The translations under genes were made by a program, and so were the position numbers. A DNA stretch of 64,000 bases, taken from assembly GCA_021323945.1 (NCBI GenBank), contig JAJPKA010000002.1, forward strand, positions 354,923-418,922, in the 5' to 3' direction. The notes under the pieces are model-generated. The model had not been told where the DNA came from. It ran no database searches and was given only the letters and a program-made list of their open reading frames with translations. How positions within the stretch are numbered: position 1 is the stretch's first letter; each line of letters opens with the position of its first letter. Positions 9,964-20,326 of this stretch are shown here, piece by piece. The DNA comes from Pseudomonadota bacterium. GTDB taxonomy: Bacteria > Desulfobacterota > Binatia > Binatales > Binataceae.

Positions 9964-11655
9964 CTAGCAGCTGCCAGAGCGTAGAACTTCGCCGTGTAGC
10001 TGCTCGTTGGTCCGACCGCGATCGTACAGCCACCGGCCATTGACAAAAACGTATTCAATGCCGCGCGCGGGCATTACGAGACGCCGCCCGCCTCCCGGCA
10101 GGTCGTTGCGCATCTCGCCACGCTTGTCGGAGCCAACGGTGTTGTAATCAAAAATCACGATATCAGCGGCCATTCCAGGCAACAACCGGCCGCGAGTCCG
10201 GATTCCAAAGAAGTCAGCTGGCTCGGAAGTGATACGTTTGATGGCATATTCGAGGGGCATCGCCTGGCGCTCGCGCACCCAGGTGCCCAGCAGATAGGTA
10301 CAATACCCCGCATCGCAAAGCATATCGACATGAGCGCCACCGTCGCTCAAACCGACCATTGTGCGTGGGTCTGTGATTAACTCCGGAATCCGATCCTCGT
10401 CGGCATTGAAGAGTGCCATTGTGAACTCGATGCCGAGATCGTCCTCGAGTCCGAGGTCGAGAAAGGCGTCGACGCCATCACATCCACGCTCACGCGCTAT
10501 ATCGGCGACGCTACGGCCGACCAAGCTCCGCAGACCAGGGGTCTTCACCTCCTTGATTTCCAGCCGCTCCCATTTGCCGTTGAATACGGCGGGCCGCTTT
10601 AGCGCTTCACGAAACTCGTTGCGAAAGTTGGTATCACGGTATATCGCTTTCTGGACTTCAGGCGGCTGATTGAAAACCGGGTTCCAGCTGCTCAGATTGG
10701 CAAAGATGAAGGGGTCGCGGAGATTAATTTGTACGGTTAATGGACGGCACGTTACTTGGGGAATACCGCCGCGCCGAATCAACGGTTCGGCTTTGCGCAG
10801 GGTCTCTTGGCATGCTTCAGGCATATCGTCGCGGTTAAGCAATGCCAGCCACGTGACCGGCCGGTTGCTCTCTCGAAGCAGCAGGTCGAGAAATTCATAC
10901 TCCTCGTCAGCCATCAGGGCCACGGACTTGGTCAGCGCCAGCTCGATTGTCCCCCGCCCGAGTTCTCTGAGCGCTCCACAATAGGCTTTGAATTCGTCAC
11001 GGCTGGCATTGCGACAGGCGATGGGCCTGCCTTTGTACCCGATATGTTGAGGCACCGCCGTGGTGGAGAAGCCAAAGGCTCCCGCCGCGACTGCATCCCT
11101 AATCAACGCAGCGATTTCGGCCGTCTCCTTGGGATTTGCCGCCCGTTCCATCGACTCCTCGCCCATCACGTAGTGCCGAAACGGCGTCAGGGCCGCCATG
11201 AAGCCCAGATTAATCGCGCAGCCGCGCCGTTGGGCGGCGTCGAGATATTGCGGAAAGGTTTCCCAGTCCCAGGTCACTCCCTTGCCCAAAACCTCGAACG
11301 GGATAGCCTCGACGTTGACCAGGTCCCAGGCCGCGATCTCGTGAACATCGGGTCTGCAGGGCGCGATACCTACGCCACAGTTGCCCATTATGACTGTAGT
11401 GACGCCGTGCCAGGACGAAGAAGTTATATAGGGATCCCAGCAAATCTGCGCGTCGTAGTGCGTGTGGGGGTCGATGAAGCCGGGGGCGACGATCAGATCA
11501 GAGGCATCAACAATTTGCTTGGCTGGCTCCGAGACTTTGCCAATTTCGACAATTTTGCCATCCCCAACCGCTACGTCCGCTCGGCGCGGCGAGGTACCGG
11601 TTCCGTCGACTACAGTTCCGTTTTTAATCAAAAGATCGTACGCCATTACCCACAT
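9964..11655 (-). CDS. N-acyl-D-amino-acid deacylase (D-aminoacylase) family amidohydrolase
   Basis: 563 aa. N-terminus LLIKNGTVVDGTG...IVAPGFIDPHTHYDAQICWDP with metal-binding HxH. Classic D-aminoacylase architecture. Confidence 0.85.
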   Translation of the reverse strand: MWVMAYDLLIKNGTVVDGTGTSPRRADVAVGDGKIVEIGKVSEPAKQIVDASDLIVAPGFIDPHTHYDAQICWDPYITSSSWHGVTTVIMGNCGVGIAPCRPDVHEIAAWDLVNVEAIPFEVLGKGVTWDWETFPQYLDAAQRRGCAINLGFMAALTPFRHYVMGEESMERAANPKETAEIAALIRDAVAAGAFGFSTTAVPQHIGYKGRPIACRNASRDEFKAYCGALRELGRGTIELALTKSVALMADEEYEFLDLLLRESNRPVTWLALLNRDDMPEACQETLRKAEPLIRRGGIPQVTCRPLTVQINLRDPFIFANLSSWNPVFNQPPEVQKAIYRDTNFRNEFREALKRPAVFNGKWERLEIKEVKTPGLRSLVGRSVADIARERGCDGVDAFLDLGLEDDLGIEFTMALFNADEDRIPELITDPRTMVGLSDGGAHVDMLCDAGYCTYLLGTWVRERQAMPLEYAIKRITSEPADFFGIRTRGRLLPGMAADIVIFDYNTVGSDKRGEMRNDLPGGGRRLVMPARGIEYVFVNGRWLYDRGRTNEQLHGEVLRSGSC

Positions 11656-11769
11656 CTCCTCGGGGTCCGGGGATAGCCCAAAAGCTCCGATAAATCGGGA
11701 CCAACGCGTCTTGGGCCAAAACTAAGTCGGCCGATTTTTCCCAACTCGACGTCTGCTCGGTCTGATTCA

Positions 11770-12570
11770 TTATCTCAGGTTCAGGCTGGTGATGAACTGG
11801 CTTACCGTCGAATTGAATTCCATCGGTTTTTCGAGTTGATAGAAGTGGCCGACCTCCTTAATCACGCTCAACCTGGCGCCGGGTATATTGTCGGCGAGCA
11901 ACTTGTTAGCCGCAACTGGAGTTGCCTGATCTTCTTCGCCAGCCAGCACTATCGTGGGTTTGCGAATCTCACTCAGACGATGCTTGATATTCCAGTTGAA
12001 TACCCCGTTCGGATCTGCGGTGGCCGAATCGAAGACATATTTGGGGAAATTTGACTGCACCATGAAGTGCGAGCGCATCACTTCGAGGATCTCCGGGCGC
12101 TCGCGTTTGGTACGCGCCGAGACTGCGCCCTCCAGCAGCGCAGCGAAGGTAGCCTCGAAGTTATTCTTGAAAGCCTCCGCCGCTTCTTTCGGCATGGTCT
12201 CGCCCAGGCCTGTACCTGAACTGAGTATCACATTGGCGAGTACGCGATCAGGATAATCGAGATTAAACTGCATCGCGATCATGCCGCCAATCGAGTTCCC
12301 CACCAGGATCGCCTTGTCGATCCGGGCCGCATCGAAGACCGCCGCAACATCGCGGGCGTGCTCCTGGATTGAGTAGCCGCTACGAGGCTTGTCCGAGCGG
12401 CCGTGACCCCGCTCATCGATCACGATTACGCGATTCGTACGCGCGAACGGGAAGACCTGAAAGTACCAGATATAACCGTTAGTCGTCCACGGATGGAGGA
12501 AAACGATAGGGATTCCCTCGCCGTAAACATCGTAAAAGGTCTTCACCCCCTGATTATCGGCATACGGCAT
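11770..12570 (-). CDS. Alpha/beta-fold hydrolase
   Basis: 266 aa. Nucleophile elbow GNSIGG, HGxxxS oxyanion region, late His (EVGHF). Confidence 0.8.
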   Translation of the reverse strand: MPYADNQGVKTFYDVYGEGIPIVFLHPWTTNGYIWYFQVFPFARTNRVIVIDERGHGRSDKPRSGYSIQEHARDVAAVFDAARIDKAILVGNSIGGMIAMQFNLDYPDRVLANVILSSGTGLGETMPKEAAEAFKNNFEATFAALLEGAVSARTKRERPEILEVMRSHFMVQSNFPKYVFDSATADPNGVFNWNIKHRLSEIRKPTIVLAGEEDQATPVAANKLLADNIPGARLSVIKEVGHFYQLEKPMEFNSTVSQFITSLNLR

Positions 12571-12695
12571 ACCTAAGCTCCTTAGTGATTGCCGCCAATA
12601 GGTCAGCGCTGGCGGTTCTTCGTTTCGATGAACGACGGGCGGACAGCTCTTCGGTAACCCGGCGAGCCAGGATTTAGCTCGCCGGGCTGATTAAC

Positions 12696-14417
12696 CTATG
12701 CGACACCGCCGCGGCGTAACAAAAGTCCCGGCGTCTCGCCGGTGCATCTGCCGTCTTCGAAAGTCAATCGACCGTTAACCAGTATCGCATGATAGCCTTC
12801 GGCGCGCTGTACCCTGCGCCATTCCCCAGCGGGAAAATCGTGGACGATCTCCATCGGCAGGATTTTCAAATTGTTCAGGTCATATACCACCACGTCGGCC
12901 CACGCGCCCTCGACCAGCGTGCCGCGATTTTTGAAGCCCGCACACATCGCCGGATGAGCACTCAGGCGCCAATGCGCCTCTTCGAGGGAAATGACCTCAT
13001 TGTCTCGCACGAACTTGATTAGGGCCTCGGTTGCGTAGCGGCCACCGGTGAAGAACTTGGTATGCGCACCGCCGTCGGAGACACCGAAAATGGCCAATCC
13101 CTCAGACTTGATTAGTTCGGCCATGTGATCGACGCGCACGTTAATGGGCGGCGTGTAGAACTCGGTATTCAGCCCGTCGGCGGTCGCGATGTCCAACATC
13201 GCATCGACCGGGTGCTTGTTTTCGAGCCGGGCGATTTCGCCGACCGTCATATTCTCATATTTCTTCAAACTCGGATCCTTGCACTCCAGGACGAAGATGT
13301 CAGAAACGTTGTTGGTGATGAGCCCGGTCTGTTCCACCTTGCGCAGCTCGGGCCGCCGTGCCGGGTCGGAAAGTTTGAGCAGACGATCCTCGATCGACCC
13401 GACAGTCACCTCACGCCACGCCGGCATATCATCCCAGAGGTTCCAGTCTTTGAACGTAAAGGCGAAGCCCACTTCCAGGGTTGCGCTTTGCCCATAAACC
13501 CGGATGCCGCGTTTCGCACAACTTTCAATCCAGCGCAACTGGCGGCGGAAGCGCTCAGGATATGCATCGTTGACCGCGATTGCGTTGTACAGAATCGGCC
13601 GGCCACTGACCAGGGCGAGTTCCTCGAAATGGCGCTCGGTATGGTCCTGGGCGTCGCCTTCGTACTTGCTGGCATCGGGTATATAGGACATTTGAATAAA
13701 ACCTTCGTTGCGTTCGCCCAAGACTTTGGCGAGCGCGAGCGCGGTCTCGTCCGCCATCAGGTCCGTCACCATGGGGGTGCCATCGTAATCGGCCTGTACG
13801 CTGTTGCGGCCGAAACGCTGCGCCGACCAGCCACAGGCTCCATGATCCATCGCCTCGTGGATGATTCGGCACATCTCCTTGGTCTCCGCCTCGGTCGGGA
13901 GTCTGCCGGATTTAGCTTCTTCGAGGCCCATTACCCAGGTCATCACCGGAGCCATTGGGACGAAGGGCAGCATGTTGACCCCCTTCGGTCGGCGGTCGAC
14001 ACTATCCAGGAATTCTGGGTAGGTAACCCAATCCCAGGGCAGTCCAGCCTTCATTGAAGCGTACGGAATCGCTTCCGTGCGGGTCATGGTGAGCATCGCA
14101 CGATCCCTCAACTCCGGCTTGACCGGGGCGAAGCCAAAGCCGCAGTTGCCTATCACGATCGAAGTGACACCATGCCAGCTCGAAATTGTACAGTAGGGAT
14201 CCCAAAACAGTTGTGCATCGTAATGCGTGTGAAGATCGACAAAACCCGGAGCTACGATCATGCCGCCGGCATCAATCACTTTGTCAGCCTGATGGGCTTT
14301 GAGATTGCCGATCTTTGCGATGCGGCCATTCTTGATACCGACGTCGGCCCTGTATCTGGGCATCCGCGTTCCGTCGACCACCATTCCGCCTCGGATAAGC
14401 ACATCGAATTCAGCCAT
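12696..14417 (-). CDS. N-acyl-D-amino-acid deacylase family amidohydrolase (paralog of 9964-11655)
   Basis: 573 aa. VLIRGGMVVDGT...IVAPGFVDLHTHYDAQLFWDP. Paralogous to the upstream D-aminoacylase. Strong RBS AGGGGAG before the ATG. Confidence 0.85.
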   Translation of the reverse strand: MAEFDVLIRGGMVVDGTRMPRYRADVGIKNGRIAKIGNLKAHQADKVIDAGGMIVAPGFVDLHTHYDAQLFWDPYCTISSWHGVTSIVIGNCGFGFAPVKPELRDRAMLTMTRTEAIPYASMKAGLPWDWVTYPEFLDSVDRRPKGVNMLPFVPMAPVMTWVMGLEEAKSGRLPTEAETKEMCRIIHEAMDHGACGWSAQRFGRNSVQADYDGTPMVTDLMADETALALAKVLGERNEGFIQMSYIPDASKYEGDAQDHTERHFEELALVSGRPILYNAIAVNDAYPERFRRQLRWIESCAKRGIRVYGQSATLEVGFAFTFKDWNLWDDMPAWREVTVGSIEDRLLKLSDPARRPELRKVEQTGLITNNVSDIFVLECKDPSLKKYENMTVGEIARLENKHPVDAMLDIATADGLNTEFYTPPINVRVDHMAELIKSEGLAIFGVSDGGAHTKFFTGGRYATEALIKFVRDNEVISLEEAHWRLSAHPAMCAGFKNRGTLVEGAWADVVVYDLNNLKILPMEIVHDFPAGEWRRVQRAEGYHAILVNGRLTFEDGRCTGETPGLLLRRGGVA

Positions 14418-14950
14418 GTTTGCATCTCCCCTTGTCTGAACCTACGCTCCAGTTGTGCCGGAACGAGTCGGCACGAATTCTCTCGCTGCCGTGCCACCCT
14501 ATGGCATTTCAATATCGCCGCCTTTGGTTGCCGCCGCCGGCGGCCTCCCGTCACGGGGATATTGAGCCTGTAAATAGTTGCGGCAGTTAACTTACCTTGA
14601 GGTTGTCCCGGTAAGGGGAAATTGTCAAACGGAAAAGGGCAGTTGCGATTGAAAGCAGAAGCCCATCGACGTAAAAAAGGTTGGCAGAGCTTGCTTCGAA
14701 CCTCGGTGCTGCCCTGAAGTTAGCCGACCGGAAAGAAGCAATAAGCGGGTACGACGGGTCGCGGGTTACCAGCGCGGCCAGGCGATCGAGACCGTTGATG
14801 AATCGAGTGCCGCCACTCCCACCTCATCCCCGCAGAAACGGGGGCAACTCTCAGGCCAGAAGCTCGGGGTTGGCTTCGACGCAGCAATTCCCGACAAAGT
14901 CCGCCTGGCCGCTTGGGGCCGAGGCACCACGCCTCCGGAGCTGAGACCGA

Positions 14951-16540
14951 ATGGCTGCGCCAGCCGGTGCATTACATCTCGAAGCACATCGGTCATCACA
15001 CAAGTGGCTTATTGCACTAGCCGTGATGTTGGGGACGACCCTGGAAGTCCTGGACAATTCGATCATCAACGTTGCTCTTCCTCATTTGCAGGGCTCTTTT
15101 TCTGCCGGGGTCGACGAGATCACCTGGGTCGTGACCAGCTACCTGGTGGCGAATGGGATCATGATTCCGATGACCGGTTGGATCTCCTCCCATTTTGGTC
15201 GCAAGCGCTACTTTCTCACCTCGGTAATGGTGTTCGTTCTCGCCTCCGCCGCCTGCGGTGCAGCTCAATCGCTGGCTGAGATCGTCATATTCCGGCTGGT
15301 TCAAGGGGCGGCCGGCGCGGCAATGATCCCATCGTCGCAGGCCATCTTGATGGAGACGTTCCCGCCTGAGGAGCAGCAGCTCGCGATGGCTTTGTGGGGA
15401 GTCGGCCTGATGGTGGCGCCAATCGCTGGTCCCACTTTGGGGGGCTGGATCACTGATAACTGGAGCTGGCGCTGGAACTTTTATATCAACGTTCCGATCG
15501 GTGCGCTTGCATTCGTGATGGTGTCAGCTTTTGTTCATGATCCAGCGTTTATGAGAGAACGGCGAGCACGCGGAGGCCGGGTTGATTACCTCGGCATTGT
15601 TTTGCTGGCCTTAAGTCTGGGGCTCCTGCAAATCGTGCTGGATCGCGGGCAGCGGGCCGATTGGTTCAACGCCCCATGGGTGGTGTACGCAACCAGCTGT
15701 TCGGTTACCGCCTTTCTGCTTCTCATCCTGCGCGAGTTACGTTTCAGTGAACCGATCCTCGATCTTCGCATCTTCAAAGAGCCGGTTTTTATTGTGGCTA
15801 CCACTCTTACCGTCTCGATGAGTTTTGTCCTGTTTGGTGTCATCTTGATGACCCCCCTCTTCTTGCAGGAGCTAATGGGCTATAGCGCCTGGCGCGCCGG
15901 ACTTGTCCTGGCTCCGCAGGGTTTCGGCGCGATGTTCTCGATGATGCTAACTGGGCAACTGGCGCGTGCCGGAGTTAACACGCGGCCAATGGTGGGGCTC
16001 GGCTTTGCGCTGGCCTCGCTGGGTGCTTGGCTGACCTCTGGGTGGGACCTTCAAATTAATGCGTGGACGGTGATCTGGAACCGAACAGTAATGTCACTGG
16101 GCTTCGGTATGATATTCCCCAATACTTCGGCGGCTGCGCTGTCGTGTGTTCCACCCCAGCGAATCGGCTACGCTTCAAGCCTCTTCAACATGCTGCGCAA
16201 TACTGGAGCCGCAATTGGGATCGCCTTCATGACCAACACCCTGCTCAGCCGCCAGCAAGTACATCAATCACGGCTGGTCGAGCATTTCTCGGTCTTTGAT
16301 GCTTGGCGATTACACGAGGTGGGCCAGCGTTTACCGAATTCACCAGTCTTCAGCTATCTGCCGCAGATGCCGGCTGCCCACCAGCAACTCGGGATACTTT
16401 ATGGGGCGGTGCAGGCTCAGTCGGCGATGCTTTCCTTCAATGACATTTACTGGGTGATTGCGATCGGAGTGATTCCCCTCATCCCGCTTTGCGTGCTGCT
16501 TCCCAGTTCGAAACATGCAGCTACGGCTGCGGCTCATTGA
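14951..16540 (+). CDS. MFS transporter, DHA2 (EmrB/QacA) family, 14 TMS
   Basis: 529 aa. Typical DHA2 N-terminus (LEVLDNSIINVALPHLQGSFSAG). 14 hydrophobic segments. Precise start uncertain. Confidence 0.85.
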   Translation: MAAPAGALHLEAHRSSHKWLIALAVMLGTTLEVLDNSIINVALPHLQGSFSAGVDEITWVVTSYLVANGIMIPMTGWISSHFGRKRYFLTSVMVFVLASAACGAAQSLAEIVIFRLVQGAAGAAMIPSSQAILMETFPPEEQQLAMALWGVGLMVAPIAGPTLGGWITDNWSWRWNFYINVPIGALAFVMVSAFVHDPAFMRERRARGGRVDYLGIVLLALSLGLLQIVLDRGQRADWFNAPWVVYATSCSVTAFLLLILRELRFSEPILDLRIFKEPVFIVATTLTVSMSFVLFGVILMTPLFLQELMGYSAWRAGLVLAPQGFGAMFSMMLTGQLARAGVNTRPMVGLGFALASLGAWLTSGWDLQINAWTVIWNRTVMSLGFGMIFPNTSAAALSCVPPQRIGYASSLFNMLRNTGAAIGIAFMTNTLLSRQQVHQSRLVEHFSVFDAWRLHEVGQRLPNSPVFSYLPQMPAAHQQLGILYGAVQAQSAMLSFNDIYWVIAIGVIPLIPLCVLLPSSKHAATAAAH

Positions 16541-16621
16541 CGGTTAAGCAGTTGCGGTTGCCGTACCAGCCAAAACATGGAAACGTGCAGGATCGCTCGA
16601 TTTCAATGACAGGAGCACCGA

Positions 16622-17341
16622 ATGAAAACCGAGACAATTGAATATCGCGACGGCGACGTAACCCTCAAAGGATTTCTGGCCTACGATGAGCGTCAATCGG
16701 GCAAACGACCGGGGATTCTGGTGATGCCAGAAGCGTTCGGGCTGGGTACCCACGCCAAGCAGCGCGCCCAGCGCCTGGTCGAACTCGGCTATGTGGCGTT
16801 TGCCGGTGATCCCTATGGCAACGGAGTCGAGGCAAAGGACCTGCAGGAAGCAATGAAATTGGCTGGTCCTCTAACGCAGGATCCGACGAAATTTCGCCAA
16901 CGCGGACGAGCCGCACTCGACAGGCTGGCTGCATTTGACCAGGTTGACGCGACGCGCCTTGGTGCCATTGGCTTCTGTATGGGGGGTACCTTTGGCCTTG
17001 AACTGGCACGGGACGGTGCACCCCTCAAGGGCGTAGCCACCTTTCACGCTGGCCTGCAGACCCAGCGCCCAGCCGTAGAAGGTCAGGTCAAAGCCAGTAT
17101 TCTGGTTTTGACCGGGGCCGACGATCCCTTCGTGCCTGCCGATCAGGTGGTCAAGTTTCAGGAAGAAATGACCAAGGCGAAGGTCGATTGGCAAGTTATC
17201 AGCTATAGTGGCACCGTTCATAGTTTCACGAATCCTGATGCGGCAAGCGTCGGCAATCCAGGTCTTGCTTACAACAAGCGAACCGACGAACGCTCGTGGA
17301 GAGCGATGGCGTCCTTCTTCGAAGAAATCTTCCGCGCGTGA
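16622..17341 (+). CDS. Dienelactone hydrolase family protein
   Basis: 239 aa. Nucleophile motif GFCMGG. DLH-like alpha/beta fold. Confidence 0.85.
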   Translation: MKTETIEYRDGDVTLKGFLAYDERQSGKRPGILVMPEAFGLGTHAKQRAQRLVELGYVAFAGDPYGNGVEAKDLQEAMKLAGPLTQDPTKFRQRGRAALDRLAAFDQVDATRLGAIGFCMGGTFGLELARDGAPLKGVATFHAGLQTQRPAVEGQVKASILVLTGADDPFVPADQVVKFQEEMTKAKVDWQVISYSGTVHSFTNPDAASVGNPGLAYNKRTDERSWRAMASFFEEIFRA

Positions 17342-17367
17342 GGGTTTTCCGCGACGTTCGCAGTCCC

Positions 17368-17403
17368 GGGCCTTGATTTCGTTATTGCTGAGAATCAAGG
17401 CCC
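17368..17403 (+). terminator. Perfect 11-bp stem hairpin (GGGCCTTGATT / AATCAAGGCCC, 14-nt loop) 27 bp after the DLH stop
   Basis: Read directly from the sequence. No U-tract follows, so it may be a U-tract-less intrinsic terminator or an RNA processing/regulatory element ahead of hpnJ. Confidence 0.4.
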
Positions 17404-17487
17404 AACTCGCCCGCAGCTCAATTCCACAAGGCGTTTCTTGAACCGACAAATAGCGGTTTGTATAGTGGGCACTAACCTCTCGGACAG

Positions 17488-18960
17488 GTGGGGAAGCTGT
17501 TGCGCATGGATGCGATGAAAACCTTGTTCCTGAACCCTCCTTCCTATGACGATTTCGATGGAGGGGCCGGGTCACGTTACCAGGCGACGCGCGAAGTCTG
17601 GTCGTTCTGGTATCCTACCTGGTTGGCCTACCCAGCAGGTTTGGTGCCCCAAGCCCGCTTGCTCGATGCTCCGCCGCACGGCTACACGCCCGAGCAAACA
17701 GTGGCTGAAGCCAAAAACTATGAATTTGTGGTCGTTCACACTTCTACGCCGTCGCTGAAAAGAGACATACGGACGGCGGAAGCCATCAAAGCGGCCAACC
17801 CGGATTGCATCATCGCCTTCGTCGGTGGCCATCCCACTGCGCGTCCCGAGGAGACTTTGCAGCTGTCCGAGGCAATCGATATCGCCGCCCGCAAAGAATT
17901 TGACTATTCCATGGCCGAGGTGGCGTTCGGCAAGGAATGGAAAACTATCGGTGGCATCAGCTACCGGCGCAACGGCACGATCCATCACAATCCCGACCGT
18001 CCGGTCTTGACCAATGAAGAGCTGGATCGATTGCCATTTGTGACGGAGGTCTACGAAAAGAATCTCGACTATCTCAAGTACAATAGTCCTTACTGCCAGT
18101 ATCCATATGTGTCGATGTACACCGGGCGCGGCTGTCCGGCACGATGCACCTTTTGCCTGTGGCCCCAGGTGACCCAGGGCCACCGCTATCGCGTGCGCAG
18201 TCCGGAGAATGTATACGAGGAAGTCGCCGCGATGAGAGCGAAGTTCCCCAAAATGAAGGAGCTCTTCTTCGACGACGACACCTTTACTGCCGATCCGGCG
18301 CGAGCACGGAAGATTGCTCAATTATTGAAACCACTCGGCATTACCTGGTCGACCAACTCGCGCGCCAATGTCGACTACGAGACCCTCAAGGTGATGAAGG
18401 AAGGCGGGCTTAGGCTGTTGGTCGTCGGCTATGAAAGCGGCAATGCGGAAATTCTCAAAAACATCAAAAAAGGAGTCAGGCTCGAGCGTGCGCGCCGCTT
18501 TACTCGCGACTGCCACGAGCTCGGCATCCTGATCCACGGGACCTTTATTCTGGGTCTCCCCGGGGAAACTCGCGAAACTATCGAAGAATCAATGCGTTTC
18601 GCCCAGGAGATGGATTGCGAAACTATTCAGGTTTCGCTCGCCTCGCCATATCCTGGCACCGAGTTGTTTGAGTACGTTACGAATCACGGTTACCTGGCTG
18701 TCGACCCACTGCTCGACGAGGCGGGCTATCAGAAGTGTACCGTGCAGTATCCCCACCTGAGCGCCGATGAAATTTACCGTTCGGTCGAACGCTTCTATCG
18801 CAGTTTTTATTTTCGTCCGCGCTATATCTTCAAATCGGTACGTAAAATGCTCTCCTCATCTGAAGAATGTAAAAGGTTGCTCAAGGAGGGGATGCAGTTC
18901 CTGTCTACAATGCGGCAACGGCGGGTCCAACTTCAGCGTCCCACTATGACCCAGGCCTGA
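17488..18960 (+). CDS. hpnJ: Hopanoid biosynthesis-associated B12-binding radical SAM protein HpnJ
   Basis: 490 aa. N-terminal MKTLFLNPPSYDDFDGGAGSRYQATREVWSFWYPTWLA matches the conserved HpnJ opening as I recall it. CxxxCxxC (CPARCTFC) radical SAM core. True start probably an internal Met at 17506 or 17515. Confidence 0.7.
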   Translation: MGKLLRMDAMKTLFLNPPSYDDFDGGAGSRYQATREVWSFWYPTWLAYPAGLVPQARLLDAPPHGYTPEQTVAEAKNYEFVVVHTSTPSLKRDIRTAEAIKAANPDCIIAFVGGHPTARPEETLQLSEAIDIAARKEFDYSMAEVAFGKEWKTIGGISYRRNGTIHHNPDRPVLTNEELDRLPFVTEVYEKNLDYLKYNSPYCQYPYVSMYTGRGCPARCTFCLWPQVTQGHRYRVRSPENVYEEVAAMRAKFPKMKELFFDDDTFTADPARARKIAQLLKPLGITWSTNSRANVDYETLKVMKEGGLRLLVVGYESGNAEILKNIKKGVRLERARRFTRDCHELGILIHGTFILGLPGETRETIEESMRFAQEMDCETIQVSLASPYPGTELFEYVTNHGYLAVDPLLDEAGYQKCTVQYPHLSADEIYRSVERFYRSFYFRPRYIFKSVRKMLSSSEECKRLLKEGMQFLSTMRQRRVQLQRPTMTQA

Positions 18961-19036
18961 TTGCTGATCACCACAGGAAAACACGCTCGAGGATGCTGCT
19001 TATTGCCGCAACTATTACGACGTTCAGCGTTGCGCA

Positions 19037-20260
19037 GTGAATCTCATTGTCGGCTTTGCTGCTGCGTGTTGTGCGCTTTCGGTTGCCTACTACCTGCTTA
19101 GCACGGCAATTGGCTTGCGCTTCGCCCGCCGGGCGGCACAGCTACCAGGATCTTCGCCAAAGATTGCGCCTCGGCTTGCGGTGCTGAAGCCGCTGCACGG
19201 CTCTGACGATTATCTAGCTGACAACCTGGTCAGCTACCTGGAGGTGGACTACTCAAAGGTGGATTTTGTTTTCGGCGTATCCGATTACGAAGACCCGGCC
19301 GCCTCGGTAGTGGTTGCACTTAAACCCCGATATCCGTTCAGACACATAACTTTAAATATCGGTGAGCGACCCAACTGCGCCAATCGCAAAGTAGCCAAGC
19401 TCATCGAAATGGCGCAACGGGTTCCCCGTGCGGAAATTCTGGTCCTAAGCGATGCCGATGTTGCAGTCGAACGCGATCATCTGTGGCGGCTGGTGAATGA
19501 ACTCGAGGCTGACCCTGAGCTAGGGCTGGTTACCTGCCTTTACCGAGCGAAGGCCGGTGGTGGGATGGTCTCGCGTCTTGCCGCGCTCTTCGTAAATACC
19601 GATTTCGTGCCGCTGATCATGATCTCGAAGACGATTGAGCCTATGCGGTACGCAATGGGCGCAACGATAGCGATCAGGCGCGAAGCGCTGGCCTCAATTG
19701 GCGGCTTCACGCGGGTCAAGGACCTGCTGGCGGATGACTACTATCTGGGTAAATTCGCCAGCGACCAAGGCTACAAAATCGGGCTGTCCAGTTCGATTGT
19801 GACGGTCAGGACCGACGAGCCTGATTTTACTGCGTTTTGGAACCATCAATTGCGGTGGATGCGCACCTATCGCAACACGCGCCCCATTAGCGTGGCGACT
19901 ATTGTCCTGCATGGTCCCTTCTGGGCCTCGATGCTTCTACTGCTGACGAACTGCAGTAAACTCGCGCTAACCGTTTTTGCTGCTGTTGTCGCTGTCCGCA
20001 TACTCACCGCGCGTTTGCAGATAAGCCAGGTTCTCGGACTGCCGGAGCAGCGCAATGACTCCTGGTTAACTCCGGTTAAGGATTTGGTTATGACCGCGGC
20101 ATGGGTGGCCAGTCTGTTGAGTAACAAGGTGCTGTGGGCGGGGCGACGGCTGCGGGTCAGATCCGATGGCACGATGGAGGAAATCGTGAGCTCGCCGGTG
20201 GTAGGCTGGCCGGGCCCGTCGCGAACTGCCGCAATTGACCAGCGTCATAGCGGCGACTGA
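19037..20260 (+). CDS. hpnI: GT2 glycosyltransferase, ceramide-glucosyltransferase-like; probable HpnI (bacteriohopanetetrol N-acetylglucosaminyltransferase)
   Basis: 407 aa. N-terminal TM, LKPLHGSD, DAD motif (VLSDADV), QxxRW (QLRWMR). Sits 77 bp downstream of hpnJ. Confidence 0.6.
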   Translation: MNLIVGFAAACCALSVAYYLLSTAIGLRFARRAAQLPGSSPKIAPRLAVLKPLHGSDDYLADNLVSYLEVDYSKVDFVFGVSDYEDPAASVVVALKPRYPFRHITLNIGERPNCANRKVAKLIEMAQRVPRAEILVLSDADVAVERDHLWRLVNELEADPELGLVTCLYRAKAGGGMVSRLAALFVNTDFVPLIMISKTIEPMRYAMGATIAIRREALASIGGFTRVKDLLADDYYLGKFASDQGYKIGLSSSIVTVRTDEPDFTAFWNHQLRWMRTYRNTRPISVATIVLHGPFWASMLLLLTNCSKLALTVFAAVVAVRILTARLQISQVLGLPEQRNDSWLTPVKDLVMTAAWVASLLSNKVLWAGRRLRVRSDGTMEEIVSSPVVGWPGPSRTAAIDQRHSGD

Positions 20261-20326
20261 TCTTCCGTCGACCCCCCGCCGACTGCCTTCTTCGCTCCGG
20301 ATCGGCCGCAATCTTGTGGAGCGTAC

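Noticed and set aside
10756-11676. 306-aa plus-strand ORF inside the D-aminoacylase gene
   Set aside because: Shadow ORF opposite a gene with clear family motifs. No motifs of its own.
13125-14057. 310-aa plus-strand ORF inside the second D-aminoacylase
   Set aside because: Antisense shadow ORF.
18130-18160. GGCACG…TTGC sigma-54-like match
   Set aside because: The GG-to-GC spacing is wrong (16 nt rather than the canonical 10), and it lies inside the hpnJ coding region.
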